Positions 25,499 to 37,487 of a DNA stretch of 64,000 bases are shown one piece after another. The position numbers were made by a program, and so were the translations under genes. Numbering within the stretch: position 1 is the stretch's first letter; each line of letters begins with the position of its first letter. The notes under the pieces were generated by a model. The model had not been told where the DNA came from. It ran no database searches and saw only the letters and a program-made list of their open reading frames with translations. The DNA is from Octopus sinensis (taxonomy: Eukaryota), in the NCBI RefSeq assembly GCF_006345805.1, contig NC_043006.1, forward strand, positions 79,174,001 through 79,238,000. Direction: 5' to 3'.

Positions 25499-26709
25499 TA
25501 TATATACTACAAATAAACTACATAAATAAAATGGTAAAAATAAACTACAACTTGTGTTTACCTTTCATATGGTAGGGGTTCTTGGTCAGAGATGGGTAAG
25601 GGTTAATACCCATTTCTTTTTCAAGATCTTCAAGACTGGCGAGAGGAAGATGTTCTTCGGAAAGAGACCTACGTAGATTGAATGTTTATAACAGTGTACT
25701 CCATTAATGGTACTCAAGAGTCAGCCAGGTGGGGGTTTCTTCAGATTCCTTTCATAAAAGAATAACATCTCTCTCTCTCTCCTCGTCCTCTTTCTCTTTC
25801 GCCTTCTCTGGTTTTGTTTAGTAAAAGGCTGTTATCCTTCAGTTATTTACGATCTTTACAGTGGTCGACTAAAGCTTCTAAGGCAATATATATGGAAGCA
25901 TTCCGTCGGTTACGACGACGAGGGTTCCGGTTGATCCAAATCAACGGAACAGCCTGCTCGTGAAATTAACGTGTAAGTGGCTGAGCACTCCACAGACACG
26001 TGTACCCTTAACGTAGTTCTCGGGGATATTCAGCGTGACACAGAGAGTGACAAGGCCGGCCATTTGAAATACAGGTACAACAGAAACAGGAAGTAAGAGT
26101 GAGAGAAAGTTGTGGTGAAAGAGTACAGCAGGGTTCACCACCATCCCTGCCGGAGCCTCGTGGAGCTTTTAGGTGTTTTCGCTCAATAAACACTCACAAC
26201 GCCCGGTCTGGGAATCGAAACCGCGATCCTACGACCGCGAGCCCGCTGCCCTAACCACTGGGCCATTGCGCCTCCACGTTAATGCTCTAATAACTGAAAC
26301 GAGTAATACAGTAAAAATAAAATTCATTCGGTTACTCTATCATTTTTACCTTCGTTCAATAGCAATGGGTTTAAGATCATTAAAGGTAGCAACTGTCTCT
26401 ACAGCCGTTTAATATGTGATTTGCCTCCACCTGTTCCACCGGATTTTGGACCTCAATGTAAACCTTGTCCAGGAAACCAAAACAGGTTGTTACCACTTAC
26501 CCAAGTCTCAAAAAGAAGAGGGGGAAGTGATGTGCCTTTTAATGGATTGACTCGTATTTAACACCAAATATCTACTTAAGATAGCACAATGGTCGAGTAT
26601 AAATGTCTTATGGTATTTGTTCTGGCGCTCCGCACTCCGAGTTCAAATACCCCTGAGGTCAGTTTTATCGACTTTGCTTTTTATCTTTTCGATAAACTTC
26701 TTTCTCATT

Positions 26710-26791
<82 letters not shown>

Positions 26792-27039
26792 AAGAAATAA
26801 AATCCACCACTGGAATTTTGTCAATATCAATTAAGAACTCATGTATATTTTTTCACTTGATCCAGTCATTTGACTCAGCCATACTGGAGCACCTCCTTGA
26901 AGGATTTTAATCGAAAATAAGTACTCGGCTCGATTTGTTCGACGAAAATCCTCTGACGCAGTGCTCCAGCATGGCCACCGTCCTATAAATGAAACAGGTA
27001 AAAATTATATAACATGTTAAAATATATACATAAATAAAT

Positions 27040-27800
27040 ATGTGTGTTTGTGTGTGTGTATGTGTGTGTGTTTGTGTGTGTGTGTGTGTTTTGTGTATTT
27101 GTACCACCTGTTAAACTGCCTGTATTTCTTTGATTATATACCAATGTGAATGTGTTCATACGTGCGATCACGCGCACATGTACGTGTGCGTGAGTACGTG
27201 TGGGTGTGGTTGCGTATGTATATGTGTATATGTTAGTGAAGGAGGTGGGGGGGCGAATGAGGAGAAATAATTTCGGCAAGGGGGAGTCATTGACCGAAGA
27301 CCGGATCTACACATGAATAGGGAAAGAGCTATAAGGAACCTGTGAAAACCTCCATTTGGCCATTGTTGACAGAGAGTAAGGTTGTGAGTTGTCTAACAAC
27401 TGAACTAGGTGACAATGCCGCCATGATGCATAATAAATCCGTCTGAGTGCCAGATATTGGAGGAGAAGGGAGTGGCGGGGGTGGGGGGTTAATTCTTTAG
27501 AACTTCAAAGGACATACAGCTTTAATATATTCATTTTTTTTAGGCGTTTATTGATAAGAAAATATTTCCTGTAATAAGCAAATTAGCTAGGTAGAAAATC
27601 TCTATCCCGGCCGATGCACAACGATTATAGGCGCAGGAGTGGCTGTGTGGTAAGAAGCTTGCTAACCAACCACATGGTTCTGGGTTCAGTCCCACTGCGT
27701 GGCATCTTGGGCAAGTGTCTTCTACTATAGCCTCGGGCCGACCAAAGCCTTGTGAGTGGATTTGGTAGACGGAAACTGAAAGAAGCCCGTCGTATATATG

Positions 27801-27866
<66 letters not shown>

Positions 27867-28589
27867 GTGTGTGTGTGTGTTTTGTGTATTTGTACCACCT
27901 GTTAAACTGCCTGTATTTCTTTGATTATATACCAATGTGAATGTGTTCATACGTGCGATCACGCGCACATGTACGTGTGCGTGAGTACGTGTGGGTGTGG
28001 TTGCGTATGTATATGTGTATATGTTAGTGAGGAGGTGGGGGGGCGAATGAGGAGAAATAATTTCGGCAAGGGGGAGTCATTGACCGAAGACCGGATCTAC
28101 ACATGAATAGGGAAAGAGCTATAAGGAACCTGTGAAAACCTCCATTTGGCCATTGTTGACAGAGAGTAAGGTTGTGAGTTGTCTAACAACTGAACTAGGT
28201 GACAATGCCGCCATGATGCATAATAAATCCGTCTGAGTGCCAGATATTGGAGGAGAAGGGAGTGGCGGGGGTGGGGGGTTAATTCTTTAGAACTTCAAAG
28301 GACATACAGCTTTAATATATTCATTTTTTTTAGGCGTTTATTGATAAGAAAATATTTCCTGTAATAAGCAAATTAGCTAGGTAGAAAATCTCTATCCCGG
28401 CGATGCACAACGATTATAGGCGCAGGAGTGGCTGTGTGGTAAGAAGCTTGCTAACCAACCACATGGTTCTGGGTTCAGTCCCACTGCGTGGCATCTTGGG
28501 CAAGTGTCTTCTACTATAGCCTCGGGCCGACCAAAGCCTTGTGAGTGGATTTGGTAGACGGAAACTGAAAGAAGCCCGTCGTATATATG

Positions 28590-28620
<31 letters not shown>
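27040..28620 (+). repeat. Near-identical direct tandem duplication, period about 791 bp
   Basis: gtaccacctgttaaactgcc at 27101 and 27892. The copies differ by a few single-base indels and the breakpoints lie in (TG)n tracts. Confidence 0.92.
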
Positions 28621-28654
<34 letters not shown>

Positions 28655-28870
28655 TGTGTCTGTGTTTGTCCCCCCTCCAGCATTGCTTGACAACCGATGC
28701 TGGTGTGTTTACGTCCCCGTCACTTAGCGGTTCGGCAAAAGAGACCGATAGAATAAGTACTGGGCTTACAAAAGAATAAGTCCCGGGGTCGAGTTGCTCG
28801 ACTAAAAGGCGGTGCTCCAGCATGGCCGCAGTCAAATGACTGAAACAAGTAAAAGAGTAAAAGAGTAAAG
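28417..28870 (+). mobile_element. tRNA-derived SINE family A, representative full-length copy (others near 10937-11243-, 11528-11686+, 21008-21190-, 23632-23790-, 24392-24820-, 25301-25466+, 27628-27800+, 42950-43300+, 43390-43770+, 45066-45483+, 59192-59600+)
   Basis: Pol III A/B-box-like head (tggctgtgtggt...ggttcagtccc), internal (TA)n(TG)n, (AAAAGAGT)n tail, many copies on both strands. Confidence 0.88.
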
Positions 28871-29129
28871 AGAATATGAAAACAGTAACTCTACTGAGAA
28901 GTAATGGTTATCACCACATCAACATGGCTGTTCCTTAGAAACCGACGTTACTACCATTTTGACCCAGGAGGATACCCCTTCCTGCTGGTTATTCGATAAA
29001 AAACCTGGACGAGGCATCCTGTGGTATCCTGTTGCATCAACCGACGCTACTACCATTTTAACCCCAGGAGGACGCCTCTTTCAGCTGTTTCAAGCAATCC
29101 GCGCACTCACATACACACACACACACACA

Positions 29130-29162
<33 letters not shown>

Positions 29163-29449
29163 GCATACACACATTCACACACACACACGCATACACACAT
29201 TCACACACATACACACACACACGACACACATACACACACTCACACACACACATACACACACATATATACACACACAAACACTCACACACATTTTCATTCA
29301 GTGGAATGAGATAACAAATCTTTTATGTGAAATATCTGCATCCGGTTTCTTAATGCTAATTATTGTAAATTTTGTTAATTAGATTAATTGCTTTAAATCA
29401 TGACCTCAAATTAAATCAAAACATGTAACGAATCAAAACAATAATAATA

Positions 29450-30731
29450 TCAGGTCATCCCATAAGTTCTGTCCGAATTTTGAATAAAGAAAACAAGTGA
29501 TCAAATGTTATATTTAATTGAAATTTAATCATCAATGTATTTTCCCTGATTATCTATGACTTCCTTCCATCTATTTACAAGCTTTTTAATCCCATCAATG
29601 TAAAACTCTTGGTTTCAAAGCGCAGGATTCTGAAATGTCAGTTTCAACCTCCTCCTGACTTGCGAAAGTTATGTTCTCCAAATGATTCTGTAAACTACGA
29701 AACAAATGGTAGCCTGAAGGAGCAAGGTCGGAAGAATAAGGTGGATGAGGAATTTTTTCCCAACCAAGCTCTTCGATCTTCTGTGATGTGATCTTTGCAG
29801 TGTGGGTTTGTGCATTGTCCCGATGAAAAATCACTCCTTTTCGATTCAGTAAAGCGGGTCCTTTTTTTTCTTCAAAGCTTGTTTCAAACGCTCTAATTGC
29901 TGACAGTAGACTTGAGCATTGCATTAGGTGGTAACAATTCAAAGGGAATTACTCATTTGCAATCCCACCAGATAGAGAGAAGAACCTTTTCCCCATGAAG
30001 TTCCCTTCTCGGTTGTGATTGAGCTTTTTCCCTTTTACAAAGCCACTGTTTACGACGTTTAACATTTCGATAGAAGATCCATTTTTCGTCACCAGTCACA
30101 AGTCTATCCAAAAAGGGTGAAATGAGTTTATGAGAATGGAGAGAAGAGCAGATGTCAACTCGGGGTTTGCAGTTGCTATCGGACAATTCATATGAGGCAC
30201 CCATTTTCCAAGTTTAGGAACCTTTCCAAGGTTTTGAAGATGACGATGAACAGTTGTATGGTTTGATCTAAGCTTTATTGCCAATTCTTCAATTGATAAT
30301 GCACGATTTTCTTCAAGTAATGCCTCAAGGAGCTTATCATCAAACTCAACTGGACGTCCTTTTCGATCTTCATCTTCAAGGCTAAAATCTCCACTTCTGA
30401 ATTTTGCAAACCATCTTCTGCAAGTTTTTTCATTCGAGCATTCTTTCCCATAAATCGAGTGTATGTTTCGAGTCGCTTCGGTTGCAGAGTTTCCTTTTTT
30501 GTACTCATAAAGCATTGTGTGCCTCAAATGCTCTTTGGATACTTCCATGTTAGAAAGGGTTTTAATCAAAGAATTTTTAATTCTATTATTCTGTAAAATA
30601 ATATTTGATTAGTTTAAATGTACACAAATGCATAAAAATAATTTTTAATTCCATTACACATTCTAAAATACTATAAAATTTAACTCAATTTAGAAAAGAT
30701 AAAATCGGACAGAACTTATGGGATGACCTGA
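29450..30731 (-). mobile_element. Full-length decayed mariner (DD34D) transposon, 1282 bp
   Basis: TIRs tcaggtcatcccataagttctgtccga / tcggacagaacttatgggatgacctga with TA duplication. Transposase split over 3 ORFs with GKWVPH, VTGDEKW, HRDNA and HPPYSSDLAP motifs. Confidence 0.95.
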
Positions 30732-30734
30732 TAA

Positions 30735-32085
30735 TTCTTTCTATTATAGGCACACGGCCTAAAATTTTGAGAGACGGATCCATCGGATTATATTGACCCC
30801 AGGGCTCGACTGGTGCTTTCATCTGAAAGAATAAAAAGCAAAGTCAACCTCGGCAGAACTTGACCTGAAAACGAAGGAACGGATGAAATGCCGCCAAGTA
30901 TTTTGTCCGGTGTGGTAAGGAATCTGCCAGCTCTCCACCTTAATAATAATCCTTTCTACTATAGGCACAAGGCCTGAAATTTGGTGGGAGGGAGGGGTGA
31001 AGTCGATTACATCGACCCCAGTACAGAACTGGTACATAATTTATCGACCCCGAAAGAATAAATGGCAAACTCGATCTCCGCGGAATTTAAACTCAGAACG
31101 TAAAGACAGACGAAATACCTATTTCTTTACTACCAACAAGGGGCTAAACACAGAGCGGACAAACAAGGACAGACAAACGGATTAAGTTGATTATATCGAC
31201 CCCAGTTCGTAACTGGTACCTAATTTATCGACCCCGAAAGGATGAATGGCAAAGTCGATCTCAGCGGAATTTGAACTCAGAACGTAACGGCAGACGAAAT
31301 ACGGCTACGCATTTCGCCCGGCGTGCTAACGTTTCTGCCAGCTCGCCGCCTTCGTCACCTTAATAATAATGGCAACAATCCTTTCTAATACAGGCATAAG
31401 GCCTGTAGTTGGAATTTGAACACAGTACGTAAAACCGGGAGAAATACCGCAAAGTATTTTGTCCGACGTGTGCTAATGATTCGACCAGTTCATGCCTCAA
31501 TAATCCTCTGATACGACGCCTGATATTTTGGTAGTGAGGAAAAGTCGATTACATCGACTACAGTGCTCAACTGGTTATTATTTTTATCGACTCCGAAAGG
31601 ATAAAAAGCAAAGTCGACCTCGACGGAATTTGAACTCAGAACGTAAAAATTTACGTAATGCCGCGAAGCATTTTATCCGGCGCGGTACAATTCTGCCCAG
31701 CGCGCCCCATTAATTTTCGCCACAAGCACAAAGGAAGCTTGGGGGAGGTGATGATGTGACGAATACATCGATTCCAGTGTCCAATTGGTACTTATTTCAT
31801 CGACTCCAAAATGTAAAGTCGACCTCGGCAGAATTTGAACACAGAACGTAGCGACTGGCGAAATACCTAATTTTTTACTACCCACAAAGGGCTAAACACA
31901 GAGAGGACAAACAAATACAGACAAACAGATTATATCGACCCCAATGAGTGACTTATTTAATCGACCCCGAAAGGATGAAAGGTAAAGTCGACCTCGGTAG
32001 AATTTGAACTCAGAACGTAGCGGCACACGAAATATCGCTAAGCATTCCATCCGGCATGCTAATGTTTCTGCCAGCTCGCCGCCTT
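30735..32085 (-). mobile_element. Head-to-tail train of family B SINEs including two dimers
   Basis: Repeated gtcgacctcggcggaatttgaactcagaacg blocks with dimer junctions at 31118/31119 and 31866/31867. Confidence 0.85.
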
Positions 32086-32161
32086 ATTCTTTCAATGATA
32101 ATAAAACATTATTAAATACTGAAGGACACTTTCAGACTCATGAATGAGGCTCTTTGCTTTT

Positions 32162-32257
32162 TTAAGTTCGTTTCGTTTCTCACTAAATCTATCTTAAGTT
32201 CGTTTCGCTTCTCATTAAATCTATCTTAAGTTCGTTTCGTTTCTCACTAAATCTGTC
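32162..32257 (+). repeat. 32-bp minisatellite x3
   Basis: ttaagttcgtttcgtttctcactaaatctatc repeated without spacers. Confidence 0.9.
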
Positions 32258-33617
32258 TTGGCGTTTCTTTGTAAAGATTTGAATGTCACTCTTTGACGCT
32301 AAGAAACATGGAAAAAGAAATACTCTGAACGAAACGTTTCGTTGCGTCTTGTGTGTGTGTGTGTCTGTATGTGTGTGTGTGTTGTATGTGTGTGCGTGTG
32401 TGTGTGATTGTAAATAAACTTTTGTTCTGCTTTGTAACTGAGTGATTACTACTTTTCATTATTGGGTAGTAAAAGGCACAGCGGTAAAAAAGCCGTTTAC
32501 ACAAAATATATTTGGTATTGGTTCTTGCTTTTGTATTGCTACAATAATTAATCAAATTATTCGGTGAGTCAGCATTGTTATTATTATTATTATATTATTA
32601 TTATTATTATTATTATCATTATTATAGTTAAATTCCGCCGAGGTCGACTCTGCCTTTCATCCTTTCGAGATCGATAAGTACCAGTGAAACACTGAGGTCG
32701 ATGTAATCACCTTGTACACTCCTCTCACTGCCTTTAGTAGGAAGTATTATTATTATTATTATTATTATTAATGTTGTTGTTGTTTTTGTTGTTGTTGTTG
32801 TTGTTCTTCTTCTTCTTCTTCTTCTTCTTCTTCTTCTTGTTAAATTCCGCCGAGGTTGACTTTGACTTTCATTCTTTCGGGGTCGATAAATTAAGTACCA
32901 GTGGAACACTGGAGGTCTATATAACCAACTAGTGCCACTCCTCTCAAATTTCAGGCCTTTTGCCTTTAGTAGAAAGGGTTATTATTATTATTATTATTAT
33001 TATTATATTATTATTATTATTATTACTATTATTATTATCGCTAAATTTCACCGAGGTCGGCTTTGCTTTTCATCCTTTCGGGATCAATAAGTTAAGTACC
33101 AGTTAAAAACTGGGCCTCGATGTAATCGACTTAGCCCCCGCCACCAAAACCTCTTGCCTTGTGCCGAAATACGAAACCATTATCATCATCGTTGTTCAAA
33201 TTCCGCCGAGGTAGACTTTGCCTTTCATCCTCTCGAGGTCGATAAAATACGTATGTGATCGACTTAATCCCTTCCCTTGTGCTTCCAGTAGAAATAACTA
33301 TTATTGTTGTTGTTACAGCAGTGTTCATTTGTCCAGAAAGGATTGAGGAAAGACACCTCTTCCTTTGGTCAGGTACTCAATCGCCATTTTTTAGATTCCA
33401 CTTGGGAAGGAAAGCGAGGGGAGAAACGGAAATGCTACCTCCCAGTGAATTTGTGCAAAGATGGCTGACTGCGTCACTCAAGTTATTTCATACTATAAAG
33501 TATGTATACTTTTTATCGTTTATCGCTAAATCCTCACACACATTGTTGACTGCTTTGTGATGCCCACCTCATCCACTCACCTGTGGCTAATAGAAGAAAT
33601 TATTATCATTATGACAA

Positions 33618-34335
33618 GGCGGCGAGCTGGCAGAAACGTTAGCACACCGGGCGAGATGCTTAGCGGTATTTCGTCTGCCGCTACGTTCTGAGTTCAAATT
33701 CCGCCGAAGTCAACTTTGCCTTTCATCCTTTCGGGGTCGATTAAATAAGTACCAGTTAAGCACTGGTGTCGATATAATCGACTTAATCCGTTCGTCTGTC
33801 CTTGTTTGTCCCCTCTGTATGTAGCCCCTTGTGGACAGTAAAGAAATAGGTATTTCGTCTGCCGCTACGTTCTGAGTTCAAATTCCGCCGAGGTCAACTT
33901 TGCCTTTCATCCTTTCGGGGTCGATTAAATAAGTTACTCATTGGGGTCGATATAATCGACTTAATCCGTTTGTCTGTTCTTGTTTGTCCTCTCTGTGTTA
34001 AGCCCCTTGTGGGTAGTAAAGAATTAGGTATTTCGCCAGTCGCTACGTTCTGTGTTCAAATTTCACCGAGGTCGACTTTGCCTTTCATTCTTTCGGGATC
34101 GATATATAAGGTTGTCCCAAAAGTTCGTAGAAAGTCTTGGAAAATAATGGTCTTTATTTTGAGGAATAATTTTTGTTGTTTTTGTTAGTACTTGGCGAGT
34201 AAAAATTCAATTTTCGCAAGTGTTTACGAACTTTTGGGACAACCTAATATTAAGTACCAGATGCGTACTGGGGTCGATTTAATCGACTGACTCCCTCCCC
34301 CCAAATATCAGGCCTTGTGCCTATAGTAGAAAGAA
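33618..34335 (+). mobile_element. SINE family B trimer (third unit interrupted by the mariner MITE)
   Basis: Unit junctions at 33849/33850 and 34027/34028. Confidence 0.88.
34107..34247. mobile_element. 141-bp mariner-type MITE inserted in a SINE
   Basis: TIRs aggttgtcccaaaagttcgta / tacgaacttttgggacaacct with flanking TA. The host SINE resumes at ttaagtaccag. Confidence 0.85.
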
Positions 34336-35040
34336 TTATTATTATGACAGATCTTACTTAATGAGGAAGGTATTGGGTAGTGTATTCTTTCATCTTTATT
34401 TAATTTTTTTAATTGTTCCTTTAATTATTTTTTTCTAATTTCGCTCCAATTATTTAATTTTCTTAATTGTTGCTTTATTTTTTAATTTTCCTTTAATTAT
34501 TTAATTTTTTATTAGTATTTCTTTGATTCTTCTACATCTGAAATTACGATTTTAAAGGCGGTGCTCCAGCATGGCCATATCAAATGACTGAAACAAGTAA
34601 AAGAGTATGAGAGTAACCATTTAAAAAAAGTGTGGGAGGCTCAGAAAACGTTGCACGAAAGTAAACTTGAGATATACAAAAAAAATTGACCGAGTGGTCA
34701 CGTCTAGAATACTTTTGATCATTGCTCGACTTAATCAGGGCTGACTTCAAGACTAAACAACTACTACTACTACAACTGTTGCTGTTGAGCGAAGCGGTCT
34801 TCGTGGGAGAAGTCCGAAACGTGGCCCTTAGCTATTCGTAAGACCCGCAGAAGAGAAAGCAGGTCAACCCCCGACACCGAGAGCATCGACGGATGGATGA
34901 ATGCGCATCCAGGCTCAGCGGTTGCGTAGGAAATCGGGGACAAGAAACAGGAAGAAAGAGAGAAAGTTGGAGCGAAAGAGTACAACAGGGGTCGCCACCA
35001 CCCCCTGCCGGAGCCTCGTGGAGCTTTAGGTGTTTTCGCT

Positions 35041-35420
35041 CTGCAGATCTTTCAGAACGAGGCTCGTCTTTTGTTAATCTGTAGTTTTCGGCTCGGAATT
35101 TCTGGAACCACTGTATACATTGGCTTACATTTATTGTCCATATACTACATTAATATTCCTTGCACTTTCCGTTGCATTGTTACCTTTATTGAACTCAAAG
35201 CAAAATAAGCCAAATATGCTCCTTTGTCACTTCCATTATAGCTTTGAAAAAATAACTGTTAAAATCGAACTGCACTCTTCAAAATTTGCACTAAGAATAA
35301 GGAACAAGGTAAAATTATTACCTGCTTTTATAGCAAGTTGATGCAGTTAGTTTATCCCTTTCCCCTCCGACTTTTAGTTCATGAAATTGAAAAAACTGCA
35401 TTATTTATGGGATGACCCAA
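35041..35420 (-). mobile_element. 5' fragment of a mariner, ending about 50 bp upstream of the Speriolin-like acceptor
   Basis: TIR ttatgggatgacccaa|ta at 35405-35420, MEVTKEHI start at about 35236, and similarity to 38361-38500. Confidence 0.75.
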
Positions 35421-35441
35421 TATATAATTTTTTATTTCATT

Positions 35442-35471
35442 TTCTTTTCTTTTTTTCTCCTTTCATTCTAG
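35442..35471 (+). promoter_or_regulatory. 3' splice acceptor of a probable 5'-UTR intron of the Speriolin-like gene
   Basis: Long pyrimidine tract (ttttcttttcttttttctcctttcattctAG) 46 nt upstream of the ATG. Confidence 0.6.
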
Positions 35472-35517
35472 GTTCATCATTATCTGTTAATTAGCGAACA
35501 CTTGAACAACTTGTCTG

Positions 35518-36489
35518 ATGTTCTTGGCTGCATCTGAAGAATACTTCGAAGAATGGCGCCCACTTATAGCAGAAATCGCACATCAGCTAGACCAACGGAT
35601 ACGTTTACATTCCATATCGGGTTTACATAGAGATCTCGAACAGTTTTCAGACGTGATGTCGCTATTACGATTACTTTACCTCGACAACAAAAGAATGTGT
35701 AAGCACTTCGGTTCCTCTGTCATTCGCAGAGTTTTCATCCGACTGATGGAGGTCCTTTTTCTACTGAGAAATTACGGATATTCCGTAGATATCCATGGGC
35801 CGTTTTCACGGCATATGGTTTCTAAATACGGTCTTCCGCCTTCAAATCAGTATTATATTATTGCTAGAATCTGTGCACGGCACGACCCAGATCACTTAAA
35901 ATTCTTGATCGGTGACGTTGCCGAAGACGATGAAGAGAGAACCAATGCGTTGGTCCTCTCCGATTGTCTGGACGCTATGATAAAGTGGAACCATCAACTT
36001 AACACCAGCGATAAGGAAAAATTGTTTGGTGAGATAGCTTATCAACTCGATAGTCGCATTCTTAAACTCGTTACGGACAGGGTCCTGACAAAATATACTG
36101 CGTCGGTACAAGATTTTCTCGATATTTTACTGCAGAACTGCAACTATTTGATAGAAAACAACACGTCCAAAAGCATAATGAGCAGACAACAAGTTCTCCG
36201 CATTCTAAGACGTTTTCTTCGGGTATTCCTCTATTTGCATAAGCATGGATACATCTTTGAGGAACATGCCACTTTCTCAAAGAACATAATTCAGCGCTTT
36301 GGTCGAAAAGGTGATTCAAACTATTGCTCTATGCTGAATTGGTGCACCGAAGAAGATTCTACAATAATACGAAGCCTCCTCTTCGATTTAGCCGAAAATG
36401 AGAATGAAGCACGCAACATCAACGTTTTATTTGACTGCCTGAAATCACTCGCAGAAGTTTATGATTGTTTAGTTTTCAGCTACGGATAA
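35518..36489 (+). CDS. Protein with two tandem Speriolin C-terminal-like domains (SPATC1/SPATC1L-related), 323 aa, single coding exon
   Basis: Long non-repetitive ORF with internal duplication: EIAHQLDQRI / GEIAYQLDSRIL; YGYSVDIHGPFSRHMVSKYG / HGYIFEEHATFSKNIIQRFG; VLSDCL / VLFDCL. These match my recollection of Speriolin_C motifs (GEIAFQLDRRIL; LGYxxxxHxxFSxxLIxxYG; LLxCL). In-frame TGA at 35503-35505 precedes the ATG. Confidence 0.8.
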   Translation: MFLAASEEYFEEWRPLIAEIAHQLDQRIRLHSISGLHRDLEQFSDVMSLLRLLYLDNKRMCKHFGSSVIRRVFIRLMEVLFLLRNYGYSVDIHGPFSRHMVSKYGLPPSNQYYIIARICARHDPDHLKFLIGDVAEDDEERTNALVLSDCLDAMIKWNHQLNTSDKEKLFGEIAYQLDSRILKLVTDRVLTKYTASVQDFLDILLQNCNYLIENNTSKSIMSRQQVLRILRRFLRVFLYLHKHGYIFEEHATFSKNIIQRFGRKGDSNYCSMLNWCTEEDSTIIRSLLFDLAENENEARNINVLFDCLKSLAEVYDCLVFSYG

Positions 36490-37286
36490 ATTTGCTCAGA
36501 GAAATATACATTTTGGAATGTTGCCATTTGTCAGTGTGTATGCATGTCTGCTTTAAGCATGCATGTGTATGCATGAATACAAATATGTATGTATATGTTA
36601 ATATATTTGTTGTGTGCGTGTGTGTGTGTGTGTGAGTGTGTGTGTGTGTGTGTGTCAACTTCGATATAAATATTTGTATCAACTTCCATGTATATTTATA
36701 TCAATAGCTATTGTCATTATTATATGTATACATATATATATATATACTTATATTGTATTATCTGTGGCTTCTTGTTGTTCATTAATTTAAAAACCAACTT
36801 GAATGTTTTTACAAGTGCAGAGGAGAAATATGTTTGGTAGCATCCGTAACCTATGTAAAAAAAAATCTTCTTCCATCAAAGAGATGTAATGGAGTTGGGT
36901 GGTGTTAACTCGTCGACGTCTCGATAGACTGCGATAATCGGAGCTTTGATTCAATCGTTAAGATCGCCATATCATTTCTCGAGAGAATCTAGCGAGAACT
37001 GCCAATGCTGTAGGACATCAAAAATACGACAGTCGTCTTCGCCGGCCAAAAAACATCTGCTAATCCATACAATAGTCAGTCCTGTTAGTATTTGGTATCT
37101 ATTAGTAATATGGAGGCGCGTGGCTTAGTGGTTAGGGTGTTGAGCTCACGATCGTAAGATTGTGGTTTCGATTCTTGGACCAGGCGATGCCTTGTGTTCT
37201 TGATCAAAACACTTCAACATACATACATATATATATATATATAGCATTATTAAATCTCAGAATGAGATTGAAACAGTAACCGCTCG

Positions 37287-37479
37287 ATAATGTAAAGTAT
37301 AGAAGCCATCTTAACATGGCTAACCACATAGGGGAGGGGGTGTTACTGTAGCTTTATAGCCCCAAGAGATCGTCTAAAGCCAGCTGGAGACGACGATCTC
37401 TTGGGGCTATAAAGCTACAGTAACACCCCCTCCCCTATGTGGTTAGCCATGTTAAGATGGCTTCTATACTTTACATTAT
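37287..37479. repeat. Perfect 88-bp inverted repeat with 17-nt loop
   Basis: 37287-37374 is the exact reverse complement of 37392-37479 (checked base by base). Confidence 0.97.
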
Positions 37480-37487
37480 ATCTCTTA

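Noticed and set aside
32162-32257. 32-bp repeat x3 resembling a CRISPR repeat length
   Set aside because: No spacers, no cas genes, eukaryotic context. It is a plain minisatellite.
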